A DNA stretch of 64,000 nucleotides from Camelus ferus (lineage: Eukaryota): the NCBI RefSeq assembly GCF_009834535.1, contig NC_045708.1:11408001-11472000 (forward strand). Reading direction: 5' to 3'. How positions within the stretch are numbered: the first letter of the stretch is position 1; each line of letters begins with the position of its first letter. The notes under the pieces were generated by a model that was given only the letters and a program-made list of their open reading frames with translations, had not been told where the DNA came from and did no database searches. The translations under genes were made by a program, and so were the position numbers. This document shows, piece after piece, positions 37,096 through 48,982 of this stretch.

Positions 37096-38371
37096 GTGGG
37101 ACTCTCCTGGCTAGCCCAAGAAGGCAGAGTTGACAGGCAAACCTTGGGGTGGGGTAGGCTCTCCTTCCAGAAGGCTAATGAATTCTAAGGTCTGGGGTAT
37201 CCAACAGGGTAGGGAAGTCATCTGAGGACTGCCAAATCGGCACAAGTAGGCACAAGTGTGATCAAAATGCTGTGTGACTACTGGAAAATAGCTTACCCTC
37301 TCAGAGTCTCTCTTGTGCCACCTTAGAACTGGGATTGGTTCTTTTGCTTGATGTCTTTTCTATTTCCTGGGCTGTATTTAAACCCCTAAACATGACAGGT
37401 ACTTCATAAAAGATTGTAAAGTGACTGAATGAAGGCTTTTAGTAGACGAGGCTGAGTAGACAGCCCCAGTTGGACTCTAAGAGTGAGGAGGAGGATGGGG
37501 TAGGCTCAAGGCGTTATCCCATAGGAAGTGTCTGAAAGCCATTCTGGGAGGGTAGGAGATAGAGTTTGCAGGGAAAGTCCCCAGAGAGGAAGTCTGGCTC
37601 ACATACAAGACTTTGTAGACAAGATGGAGCAGGGTTGCCATGGATGGCTGTGCAGGTTGTTCACTGCACAAGATTGCTTGGGCAAGGTGGTGGGTGGGGC
37701 CTATGATGCAAACCATGTCTTGGGCACTGGTACAGAACAGCATCTAGCCAGAGGGGTGAACAAGAATGCCATATAGGTTAGCAGTGGCCCTGTGAGTTTG
37801 AGTCCCATCTATGTGACTTGGGGCTCACTTCCCCAGAGCCTCTTTCCCATGTCTGTGAAATGGGGAAAATAAGCCCTGCCTTGCAGAGTCTGGTGGGGAT
37901 AAAGTGGAGGCACATCAGGAAGAGCTTGGATCACAGAGGCAGGGCTCCAGCCATCTTTCTTGCCTTAGCTTGGACCTCCCTGTAGGGCCTTCAGGACCAT
38001 GAGTGAATGTCAGAGACATCTGTGGGCCAAGCCCCAGGAGAGACGTGGGGTGGGGATTCTCCAGCCCCATCAAGGTCAGGGAGAGGCAGCCTCTGTCCCC
38101 CAGGTCGGGCCAACACTAAGCAGCTGGCAGAGGCCTTTCTGGGTTCGGCAGCATCACCCTCTTCTGGTGTGATGGCTGGGTGGGGCTGCTGGGTGGGGGT
38201 GTATAGGCTGTTCACTGGGTCTAGAGACCTGGAGCTTTAGTCCCCATATTTATGACCCCTCTTTAAATCTTTAAGCAAACCCAGAATACAAGCCTTGAAG
38301 TTAACAAAGCAGAACCCCTTCCCAGAGACCCCTGGGTTCCCCTGACCCCAAGGCCTCTTGTTTTGCCACAG

Positions 38372-38489
38372 AAATCCTGGCGCTGGGGCCCTGAGGGCTA
38401 TGGGGCTGTCCTGCTGGTGAACTGTGACCGGGATAGTCTCAGGTCCAAGGGGCTGGACCTCACCAACACCCAGCTGACATCACTGGATG
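38372..38489 (+). CDS. PADI1: PADI1 exon 5 ([21 protein letters not shown]...SLD), Ca2+-binding NCDRD motif
   Basis: ccacag| acceptor; 118 nt; donor G|gtgagt. Contains N153, D155, D157 and D165. Confidence 0.97.
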
Positions 38490-38576
38490 GTGAGTAACAG
38501 AAGGGATGTGCAGGGCTGTCCAAGGTGATGGTGTGGGGTGGCGGGAGGGTTGTCTCATGGGTACCACTCTCTCCAG

Positions 38577-38702
38577 ACCTGCAGGACATGTCCCCCATGG
38601 TGCTGAGCTGCGATGGCCCTGACGAGCTCTTTGACAACCACAAGCTGATCTTGAACGTGCCATTTTCTGATTCCAAAAGAGTGGGGGTCTTCTGTGCTAG
38701 GG
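38577..38702 (+). CDS. PADI1: PADI1 exon 6 ([43 protein letters not shown])
   Basis: ctccag| acceptor after an 87-nt intron; 126 nt; donor G|gtgagt. Confidence 0.97.
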
Positions 38703-39008
38703 GTGAGTGGCCTGGAGGGTCCTCTTCCCTCCCTGCTCCATCCTCTGCTTCTCAAACTAGTTCTTTCTTCTCTGATCCACATCTCTCCCTTCTCCATCAT
38801 CTTTTTGTAATTCTCCCAACAGCTTACAAACAGCCACTCCATCAGGACACGACTTATTGCCCAAGAAAGAGGGTCCCAAACTAGACCCATCTTACTGAGG
38901 GGGAAACTGAGGCTCAGACCCATGAATTCACTGTCCTAAGGTCACATAACCAATTGTGGGTGGAGCAGGCATCAAAGCCTGCTCTTCAATACCAAAGCCT
39001 CCCTCATC

Positions 39009-39155
39009 TTTCTTTTTCTTTCTTTCTTTTTTGGAAGGGGGAGGTAATTAGGTTTATTTATTTATTAATTTATTTTAACAGAGGTAACTGGGGATTGAAC
39101 CCAGGACATCGTGCGTGCTAAGCACACTGTCTACCACTGAGCTATACCCTCCCCC
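39009..39155 (-). mobile_element. tRNA-derived camelid SINE (Vic-1-like), copy 2, PADI1 intron 6
   Basis: Reverse complement of the head (...ctaccactgagctataccctccccc); gggattgaacccagg; gaggtaattagg; T-rich tail. Confidence 0.85.
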
Positions 39156-39718
39156 AACCTCCCTCTTCTTTCCACAGCCGCTGACCCTTCCCCCGACCCC
39201 GTCCCCTCTCTGGGCTGTCAGCCTGGAATGGGTTCTCCATGTATGACCAGTACTGTCCGGGCTGGGTGAGGTGGGAGCAGCGACTAGAAAAGCTAAAAAT
39301 CCAGCTGTTCTGCCAAAGAGGTTATTAATTGAAGTCTGTGGCTTAAAAAAACAAAACAAAGTGAAAACAATCCTTAACCCTGAGGTGCCCTTACTCATTT
39401 TTATAAATAGCAAGAAGTCTCTCCTGCCCCTTCCTTCTTCCTTTTCACCCTCTGTTCAAACTGACCCAGAACTTGTTCCAGCTAAATGAGACTGATAGGA
39501 ACCAGAATGTTCCTTCTCTGCACTCGTGGTGGAAGTTTAGGCAGAGGTCCAGCCTGAAAACATTTACTTGTGATACCAGAACATAAGCAAAATCTCATTT
39601 AAGTGAACTGACAACCTTTCCTGCTGTGACTAAGAGCGTGCCAGGGTGACACTTCCCAGACAACCCTTGGAGGGGAGGAGAAAAGGGGACGGGCCAGAAC
39701 TCCTGTGTGCCGGGTGCT

Positions 39719-39950
39719 TTTTTTTTTTTTTTTTTTTGGGTTCTTTTTTATTGACGTATAGTCAGTTTACAATGTTGTTTCAATTTCTGGTGTACAGCAT
39801 AGTGTTTCAGTCTTACATATACATACATATATTCCTTTTCTTTTTCTTTTTCATTATAGGTTACTAGAAGATATTGAATATAGTTCCCTGTGCTATGCAG
39901 AAGAAACTAGTTGTTTATCTATGTTATATGTAGTAGTTAGTATCTGCAAA
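39719..39950 (-). mobile_element. L1 3' end with poly(T), same family as 3095-3590
   Basis: Poly-T, then tagtcagtttacaatgttg...gatattgaatatagttccctgtgctat (reverse complement of the 3450-3590 segment). Confidence 0.85.
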
Positions 39951-40082
39951 NNNNNNNNNNNNNNNNNNNNNNNNNNNNNNNNNNNNNNNNNNNNNNNNNN
40001 NNNNNNNNNNNNNNNNNNNNNNNNNNNNNNNNNNNNNNNNNNNNNNNNNNNNNNNNNNNNNNNNNNNNNNNNNNNNNNNNNN
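39951..40082. other. Assembly gap (N run, 132 nt) in PADI1 intron 6
   Basis: Run of n characters. Confidence 1.
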
Positions 40083-40420
40083 CAAGACATTTTCATCACC
40101 CTCAAGTAAAAGCCTGTACTCACTGTCACTCCCCATGCCCCCACTCCCCAGCCCTAGGCAACCACCGACCTGCTCTCTGTCCCTAAGGATGTACCTACTC
40201 TTTCAACTTGTACAAATGGAATCATCCAGTGTGTGGCCTTTTGCGTTGGGCTTCCTTCACTTAGCATAATGGTCTCAAGACTCATCCATGCTGTAGCGTG
40301 TCTCAGTACTTCATTCCTTTTGTGGATGAATAACATTCCAGGATATGGATATGCAACATTTCATTTATCCATTCATCTGGTGATGGACATTTGGGTTGTC
40401 TTCCCCTTTTGTGCCAGCTG
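40083..40420 (-). mobile_element. L1MB-type 3' fragment (antisense)
   Basis: ccccagccctaggcaaccac...aatggaatcatccagtgtgtggccttttg...cttcacttagcataatg...tccattcatctggtgatggacatttgggttg. Confidence 0.8.
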
Positions 40421-40719
40421 CTTTTATTTCCTTATCTGATTTAAAGCTTACATTGACCTCATGAGAAACATATAATGTTAGCCCATTTTACAGATGAGGA
40501 ACTGAGGCTCAGAGAGGTTGAGTCATTGGGCTGAGGTCATGCGGCTTGCACGTGGCAGAGCTGGAGAAGAGCCCAAGTAGTTGTAACACAAAGGTGACTC
40601 TGCCCCTGGATTTCTGGTCTCAGGTTCCCTGTCCTCCCATCTTCACAGCCCCACCCCCCCTGTCCCAGCACTGCTCTCCACCCCACCCCCACCCCGGTGC
40701 TGACTCTGGTTGCCCCTAG

Positions 40720-40892
40720 GTGGGAATTCCCTCTCCGACTACAAGCAGGTGCTGGGACCCCAGCATCTGTCCTACGAGGTGGAGCGGCAGCTGGGGGAGC
40801 GGAAGATCGGCTTCTATGTGGAGGGGTTCACCTTTCCCGATGCTGATTTCTTGGGGCTGGTCTCTCTCAGCGTCAGCCTGGTGGACACCAAG
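40720..40892 (+). CDS. PADI1: PADI1 exon 7 ([14 protein letters not shown]...[27 protein letters not shown])
   Basis: cccctag| acceptor; 173 nt; donor AAG|gtgcat. Confidence 0.97.
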
Positions 40893-41022
40893 GTGCATAG
40901 GGCGTTGGGGGCTGGGATGGGGGTGAGGGGCTTCAGGGACCAGTTTGGAGCCTCCAGGGCTGGGAGGCTGGAGGCTGGGGGAGTCTTGAGGCCTGATGGG
41001 ACTCCCTGCATTTTCCCCCCAG

Positions 41023-41126
41023 ACCCTGCCCGAGGTGCCCCTCTTCACAGACACCGTGACCTTCCGTGTGGCCCCCTGGATCATGACCCCCAACACCCAG
41101 CCCCCCCTGGAGCTGTATGTGTGCAG
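41023..41126 (+). CDS. PADI1: PADI1 exon 8 ([35 protein letters not shown])
   Basis: ccccag| acceptor; 104 nt; donor AG|gtgagg; conserved [12 protein letters not shown] motif. Confidence 0.97.
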
Positions 41127-42071
41127 GTGAGGCCTCGCCCCTCCTGCAGCTCCCCCACCATCTCTGGACTCGTAGAGATGGGAGCAGAATGCTGTACTGG
41201 GGTTGGCCCCTCCTTCACTCTGGACAGATTCACTGAGGACACCCACAGGCACAAGCTGGGCCTTCAGCCCCACCTGCTCTAAGCACTAAGGCCCTGGCCA
41301 CAGTCACTGGCTCAAGCTCCAGCAATCCTGCCCCTACCCTGCCTGCAGCAGCCCTGCAGCATCTGGGATTGATTCTAGGCCGTGGGGCCAGGCCCTGTTC
41401 AGGCTGCTAGTGGCTGCGTGAGACCTAGTCTTGCTCTGATTTCAGTGTGCTCCTGGGCCTTAGAGAACTTGGGAACCCAGCCTCCAGGATCTGCTGTGAG
41501 CCCTGCCCCAAAGTGCAGTCCTGGTCCCTCTGCCGTCCCTCAGAATCCTTGTCAGGCCCCTTGATGGACAGGTGAGCCTTGATTGGCAAGGCTACTCCAG
41601 GCCCCTGCATCCGAGGCTGGACCAATGGAAAAGGCTAGAGGTGACTTGGAACATAAGTCAAAAGGCCAGGAAGGGTGTGGCCAAACAGGTTTGCTCTGCT
41701 TACCTGGATCCAGGTGCGTGCAGGTGTTCAGAAGGAAACACTTTCTTTCCGCTTGCTCACTAACCCCACCCTCACTCGTTTATTTAGGTCAATTGTGAGA
41801 AACTGGAGAAGATAGGGACTACCTGCCCCCACTACCTCCTTAACCAGCAGTAGATTTTCCCTCCCCTTGTGCCTACCACCTGATGTGATCTGGGGACATT
41901 ATCCATCTCTGTCATGAGCCTCTCTAGTGCAGGGGCTGTGTTTGAACTCCTGTACCCAGAGGCCACAGGGGGCCTAGCACAGACTGGCCACCCCATCCAT
42001 CCCTGCCTTCTGGCCCTAAGGCCAAGGCCACAGTCAAAGTCATTTCTCTCCCCTCTCCCTGTGCTCTGCAG

Positions 42072-42195
42072 TGTCGTAGACCTTCATGGCTCAAATGAGA
42101 AGTTTCTGAAGGACATGTCTGACCTGGCATTGAAAGCCAACTGCAAACTGATCATCTGCCCTCGGATCGAGAATCGAAACGACCGCTGGATCCAG
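42072..42195 (+). CDS. PADI1: PADI1 exon 9 ([16 protein letters not shown]...ENRNDRWIQ)
   Basis: ctgcag| acceptor; 124 nt; donor CAG|gtggga. Confidence 0.97.
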
Positions 42196-42602
42196 GTGGG
42201 AGCGGGAGGGACCCTGGAAGAGAGGAAGGCAGCCCTGGAGGCCTGAGCCCCATCCTTTACTCTGGCTTTTGGGAAAGAGGGTGCGCACAGGCTCCAACCT
42301 GGCTTCCATCTCCCTAGAGAAGCCAGGCTGGGCTGAGTGCCTGGACTCAGGGTTGGGGCGTGCAGTCTAGGGGAACCCTCTCCCACTGCCTGCATCGCCT
42401 CTAGTCTCTCCTGCTGCCGTCCAGATACTCTGGTCCCTGGCAGAGTCCCTCTCCTGGCTGAGGTCCTGAGAGGCCTCACTCCACCTCTGTTCCCTGCCCC
42501 CTGCACCCTCCAGGCCCCGCCCTGCCCTGGGCCTGGGGGATACCCCCATTCTTAATACTACACACCCAGGTGGTCACTGTGGTCTTTTCCTCCCTCTCCC
42601 AG

Positions 42603-42710
42603 GATGAGATGGAGTTTGGCTACATCGAGGCCCCTCACAAGTCCTTCCCAGTGGTCTTTGACTCCCCTCGAAACAGAGGCCTGAAGGATTTCCCTTATAA
42701 GAGGATCCTG
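42603..42710 (+). CDS. PADI1: PADI1 exon 10 ([36 protein letters not shown]), catalytic D352
   Basis: tcccag| acceptor; 108 nt; donor CTG|gtatgt. The first codon GAT is D352 (WIQDE motif). Confidence 0.98.
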
Positions 42711-43589
42711 GTATGTGGCCAAGGACAGAGTGGGGAAACCTTGGGTGGCTCCTTCTATAGGACCCTTCAGTCAGCCTGGTCCTAGTGTTTTAGGGGTTGC
42801 AAAAGGACACAGGCGGTGAGGCCTGGCAAATGGAGAGTTAGTGGGAGGTTTGGGATGATTATTTAAATTGAATGCAAATCACATGCAAATCACCCCTGTT
42901 CTGGGACGTGTAGGCCAGCAAAATTCTCCTAGGCGAATTCACTCCGAGTGAACAGAGGAGTCAGCTCTGTGGGGACCAAACTGCCTTTTAAGGGAAGTGC
43001 ACCCTCAGTGAACCCTCATGGCTCTTGCTTTTGTGACCTGGGGCCTCTCTTCAGGTAATGAATATTTTCTGAACACCTACTGTGTGCCAGGCACGATGCT
43101 GCCCCCTATACACAGCAGGGCAACAAGAGCAGCTCTGGCAACTGTGTACTGAGTTCCAGGCCCTCCCTCCTAGTTTTACATGGTTGCTAATTTAATCCAT
43201 GTGGACTCCTATGGATAAGGACTGTTATTATTCCCTCTTTACTGAGGCTCAGAGAGGTTAAGCAATTTATCCAAGGCCACACAGCCAGTTAGCGGTGGCA
43301 CCAAGATGCAAAACTAGAGGGGCTGCCTCCACAGCCCCTGCACTTCACTGCTAGGCTAAACCACCTTTTGAAGTGGCCTGTGTCCCACTTACTGGCCCCC
43401 CATCCCCCACCATCAGGATGATGCCAGGGTCCAGGTAGGGGCTCTAATGGGAAAGTCTAGGAGCTCGTGGGCACACAGAGCAGGGGCATTCTCCCCAGCC
43501 TGGAGGGATCGGGGACGAGTCCCTGGGGAGGTGATTCTGCATCAACCAAGGAGCCTGACCCGAGCCCTGGGCTTGACTTGGACAGTGCA

Positions 43590-43945
43590 TTTTCTACCAG
43601 TCTCTGCTCCTTTTTCATTATTTCCTTCCTTCTACTTTCTTTAGGTTTAATTTGCCGTTCTTTTCTTAGCTGGAAGTGGAAGCTAAGATTTTTCAACCCT
43701 TTGTCCTTCTTATATGTGTGTTTAGAGTCAGGGCATTTCCCTAGAAGTGCAGCTTCACTGGCCTTGCACACGTTTAATGTGCTGTGTTGACCTTACCTTT
43801 TAGCTCAAAATATTATCTAACCTTCCCTTTGGCTTCTTCTTTGACCCATGGGTTCTTTAGAAGTGTGACGTTGCCTGATTTCCAAACATTTGGGGATTTT
43901 CTAGTTACGGTTCCGTTATTGGCTTAGACTTTAATAGCACAATGC
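43590..43945 (-). mobile_element. L1M ORF2 fragment (antisense), PADI1 intron 10
   Basis: ctactttctttaggtttaatttgcc...ttctttgacccatgggttctttagaagtgtg...atttccaaacatttggggattttc. Confidence 0.7.
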
Positions 43946-44080
43946 TCAGAGCACAGGGAGGATTTTCAGGGAGTGGGAGCCCCCCACCCCATCACCCCTC
44001 GCCCCCCTGCCCCAAGAGCTGTCTCTTCCTGTCCTCACTGACCCCTCCTTCTGGGGATGGTCTCATTGGTCCTCCCCTAG

Positions 44081-44232
44081 GGTCCTGACTTCGGATATGT
44101 AACCCGGGAAATCCCATTCGTTGGTGCCTCCGGTCTTGACTCCTTCGGCAACCTGGATGTCAGCCCACCGGTCACTGTGGATGGCAAGGAGTATCCCCTG
44201 GGCCGTATTCTCATCGGCAGCAGCTTTCCCAA
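44081..44232 (+). CDS. PADI1: PADI1 exon 11 ([51 protein letters not shown])
   Basis: cccctag| acceptor; 152 nt; donor AA|gtgaga. Confidence 0.98.
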
Positions 44233-46279
44233 GTGAGAAACCAGGGTGGAAGGGTGGCGGAGGTCACTGGAGGGCATGGGGGGGGGGGGACGAGGGAGGA
44301 GGGAGTGACTAGAGCATCCACCTCCAGCTCCCGCACCACAAACACAATTCTCCATCTGAGAAGTGGTCTTAACTTCCTGCATGGAATCCTAGAATCAAAG
44401 ACTCAGTGTCCTAGCATCTTAGATTTGAAAAATCACAGAATTTTAGGAAAAAACCCACAAACTAGTGGCCCACGGTCTTCGAACCCTGCCTAGTATTTTA
44501 TGAGCGTAATTAGTCACCAACATTAAATCAATTTATATCAGAAGGCCTCACACAAAAGGCCAGATTTCTGGCTTCTTTTGAAAAAATCAGAAGGGCTGGG
44601 AGGTGATGTGTAATCCAGCTGCGGAGGCAGGAGACAGATCCCAGGAGGAGATCAAAACAGCTGCTGTCCTGGCAACAGCATGAAAGGGCACAGAGGTCAC
44701 CGCACGGCTGCAGGTGAGCGAGTGGCTGGCCAGGATACCAGGGTGACAGAGGTGACTCGATGGTTCCCACCCTGGATAGCTGTCATCGGGCAGGAAACAC
44801 AGCATTTAGGGTTTAAGGTATCTGTTAAATCCCCCTGAGTAGGTCCCACCCCGCCTGTGGGCAACTGAAGAATGGGGTGTGTAGCACAGGGATCCTGATG
44901 GCATCCCCTGCTTCCTGCCCCAAAGATTAAGCCCATCACAGGCCCCAGAGGCCACCTTCCTGTTTGTGTGGGGTTAGTGTGGAGCCCAGATGTGCCCCAG
45001 CTTGCCTCCGCATGCCCTGACTACCTACTCGTGGGCCGGGAGCAGCCAGGAAGTCCTGGGAAGGTCATCCAGCCTCACGTGGTGACCCTGGTGGCCTCAG
45101 GGCTCTGGATCAGGTGAGGTGAGTCTTCCTGGCACCAACCCCGGGTGCAAAGCCAGGTGCCCAGGCTGGGTGCCCGGGGCTGAGGTTGGCCAGGGCAAGA
45201 GGAGTGTGTCTGCTCACCTTGCTGGTGATTCATGCCCAAGACTACTCTGGGGCTAGATCCTGCCCACAGCCCTGGGGATAGAAGGGACTTGGGACCTCTG
45301 GGCAGTCATTCTGTGCTTCAGGGAGAGGGACTCAGGAGCAAGGAGCACAGGCTTTGAAATCAAATGGATTTGGGTTCAAGTCCTGGCTCTGCCACTTATT
45401 GGCCACGTGACTTGGGGGTGTGTCACCTAACTAGTGCCTACCACAGTGCCTGGCACATAGTAGGTGCTTGATTAATTCATTTAAAATATTTATTGAATGC
45501 CTACGAAGTGCCAGGCACTGTTGAAGGTAGTAAGGCTATATCAGGTGACAAAGATACATTATTAATTGAACAAATTATTTTATATTTTGTGCCTCAGTTT
45601 CCTCATCAGTAAAATGGGCCTACAAAAAAAAATCTCCATCTTAGCTATATAATTGCCATTACTGGGGATAAAGGATTCATGTTAACTACCTTCCAAATGC
45701 TTAAGAATTGTTTAGCTGGATCTCTAGCCGTGGATCTGCCTTGAAGCAGGTTGGAACTCAATGGATAAAAGTTATTGATCACCTATGTGCCACGAACTAT
45801 GTGCCATAGTGCTTTACCCAGGTTACCGCATTTAATTCTTATAACAGCCCTATAAAATTGGGACAACTGTTATCCCCATTTTACAGATGAGGAAGTTGAG
45901 GCTTAGGTAAGTGAAGTGAATACCCTCATTCATGCATTCATTTATCAATTCAATAAATATTTATTGAGACTTCTGATATACCAGGGCTGGGGCCCCATGC
46001 TGAGGATGAAAAAATGTTCTGGGAACTCCCAAGCTCAGAGCAAGGACCCCAGAAGGGAAGGTGTGGGGTCTCTAGTATAGCTGGGCCCCACTCCATTGGC
46101 CATTGTGTTGAAAACTAGGAATAAAGCTTTTGGTGATCAGATGGGGTCCCGAGGCTCAGAGAGGGACAGCTACTGCCTAGGACCACACAGCAAGTTAGTA
46201 CAATGGTCAGAATCCAGGTCTTCTCCTTGGGCCTCCAGTTAAAACTTAACACCCAAGCTGCAGAACTATGTTCCTATCT

Positions 46280-47950
46280 TGGCTTTGACCTCAGCAGTGA
46301 ACAAAACAGACAACCTACATACATTCTAGCAGAGAGAAACCAACAATAAGCAAACATAGTAAATAAGTAAATTGTCTAGTATGTTAGATAAAAGTAGCTT
46401 TGGTGAGAGGTTGAGATTTCCCTGAAGGAAATGAGACAGTTAAAGATGTGGCTATCTGGGAGGAGGATGTGCAAGGGAGTGGGAAAAGCTAGTGCAAAGG
46501 CCCTGAGGCAGGGCTGTGTTGGAGACATTAGAGGAACACCAACGAGGCCAGTGGGGCTGGAGCAGAGGGAACAAGGGGGCGTGGAAGGGGATGAGGTCAG
46601 AGAGCTTGGTAGGGCAGAGTTCAGATCATGACCTGGACCCATTATTTGTAGGACTATCATAGGGTTATTATGGGGATTAAACAAGATACTCAGTGTGAGG
46701 AGCCTTAGGCAGGCACATAGTAGGTGCTCAGTAAATGCCCCCTCTATTCTCTGCTATCTTGGGTTCTTCATGCTCTGCTCTCACATTTAAAAGACTCTTT
46801 GAACAATTCTGCCCCCTGGTGGCAGCTTTGATGTGACTCAGAGACCAGGTCTGAGGCTTCCCAGGGCTGGAGTCATCTGGTCCATCCCTCTGCCTCCAGG
46901 CAGAGAGCTGCAGAGTCTCAGGGAGGGACTCTGCCCTGCCTCCAATCTTATATGTTTCTGATTCCTGCCACTTTTTGCTCATGAACAATCTCTGAAACCT
47001 CACTCTTCTCTGCTATCTCTCTGTTTTTTAAAGAGGTCTTTTAAAATTGCCAACACTATATTAAAATACCAGAAATACAAGAAAAATACTTTCTGTGTTC
47101 CCATCCCTCAAATCAGGTTAATGTTGTCATGGTCACTGCTTGCTGGGTGTTTCTTCTAGTTTTGTCGACAACGTATTCAAATTATATGGACCATGGACTC
47201 TTACACAGCTGTTCAAAAGCCTTAATATCATTCTCAAATATTTTTTGAGTGTCTATTCAATAAAAGGTGCTGGGCTACAGCTGTGAACCTAGACAAAAAT
47301 CCCAGGCCTCCTGGAGCATCCATTCTAGTGGGATGCCAGACAATAGACAAGACGTCAAGGATGCCAAATAGTACCAAATGCTGTAAAGAAAAATAAAGCT
47401 GGGAAGGGAGCTGAGGAGTTGTTGTTGCTATTTCCAAAGTCCTCACAGAGAAAGAAGGTGACATCTGAGTAAAACCTGAAGAAAGTGAGGGACGTGGGGA
47501 GTGGGCAACAATTCCTGGAAGAGAGAACAGCAAGTGCAAAGGCCCTGAGGCAGATATATGTACCTGATATATGCAAGGGACAGCAGGAGCCCAGCATGAC
47601 TAGAACTGAGTGGATTGAAGGGGATTGTGGCAGGAGGGGGTTGGGATTGCCTAGGGCTGTGCTGGTTGTTGTGAAGACTTTGCATTTATGGTGAGGGAGA
47701 TGTGAGTGATGCGAGGGTTTTGTCCAGAGGTGGGACATGGCTGACATACTAAGAAGCCTCCCTCTTATTAGACTGCAGGGCAGCAAGGGTGAAAGCAAAG
47801 AGACCAGGAAAAAGGACAAACCACCAGGATTATTTAAGGGATGGAGTTGCCGTGGCCAGATGGTGGCAGAAAAGGAGGAAGGGGAAGGGCTGAGTTAAAT
47901 TCTGTTTAAGATAGAACCACCAGGTTGGATGTGGGCTAGGAAGCTCATCC
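46280..47950 (-). mobile_element. L2 fragments (antisense; ~46280-46690 and ~47240-47950)
   Basis: gcaaaggccctgaggcag in both pieces; ttgagtgtctattcaa...ggtgctgggctacagctgtgaac. Confidence 0.65.
46809..46824 (-). promoter_or_regulatory. Candidate CTCF binding site
   Basis: CTGCCCCCTGGTGGCA; the reverse complement TGCCACCAGGGGGCAG matches the CTCF core consensus CCACCAGGGGGC exactly. Confidence 0.6.
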
Positions 47951-48039
47951 ATGATATCTCCCTAAGCTGGACAAGCAAAGGCAAAAAAATGTGATCCCTT
48001 TTTTGTAAAACATATTGAGAAAAAAAATCTCTATACAGA

Positions 48040-48066
48040 TTGTGTGTGTGTGTATGTGTGTGTTTA
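48040..48066. repeat. Interrupted (TG)n microsatellite
   Basis: tgtgtgtgtgtgtatgtgtgtgt, seen directly. Confidence 0.9.
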
Positions 48067-48399
48067 CACATGGTTACATGTGCCAGGGAAAAGTGAAAAG
48101 GGCCCAGAGTGTAATACATTGTTCTGACTTAGGACAAGTCACCTCTTTGAACTTTCTAGGCTTCAGTGTCCTCATCTGTGAAATGGGGACATGGCCATTG
48201 CCTAAGGCAGCATCCTTGCATGGACATTCAACTTTTGGTAATGTCTCCTCCCACCGCTCTGGGATGCCAGCTCCTGCCCCCTGTTCCCTGTCCTAGGCCA
48301 CCTCAGCTCCTCCCTCTGCTAATAAAGGGTGGTTTGAAAATGTCCCAACCTCATTTCAAGGACTTCTGGGGATTAGACAGTCAGTGCTGAACATAAAAC

Positions 48400-48612
48400 C
48401 ACTGGAGCAGCAGTTCTCTTGTGTGTGAATCAGCTGAGGATGAGTATCAAAATGCAGATCCTACATCCTCAGATGGGCCACATCCTCAAAGACTCTGAGA
48501 TGGGGAGGATGTCAGGGCCCAGGAATCCTCAGTCTAAACAAACACACCTCCCCCTCCCCGGAAGCAGAATCTGACCCCAGATGGTCGGATCCCACACTTT
48601 GGGAAACACTGG
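48400..48612. mobile_element. MER5A-like hAT-Charlie element
   Basis: gcagttctc...aaaatgcagatcc...gggcccaggaatc...cacactttgggaaacactg. Confidence 0.65.
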
Positions 48613-48982
48613 ACTAAGTCTGGTGAGGGGTGGCTGGGTGCCTTGGGTAAAGAATCAACCTGTCTGAGTCCCAGGATGTGAGATGAGTGTCTTCGGTTCC
48701 GTTTGGCAGATGGTGGTCTCTCATTTGACTCTCTTTTGTGGGAAGGGGCAGCAGGACTTCCCTGGTCCTGGGGAGGATGCTTTGGGGTGAGGGAGGGTCA
48801 CTGTCTGGGACGATGGTCAGGATGGACAGTGAGTCCCTGGGAGCACCTGGGGGCTGGGGCCAGAAAGTGGGGACAAAAGAAGACCCATTCAGAGAGTCGT
48901 CATGAGTCTCGGGCAGGGAAGCGCTGCAGGGAACCAGGACACAGGCGGCACCGACGGCCCTGCTCTTTCCCTCCCCGGCCAG

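Noticed and set aside
38490-38576. 87-nt intron 5 (multiple of 3) as a retained in-frame insertion
   Set aside because: It reads GGT GAG TAA in frame, so retention introduces an immediate stop.
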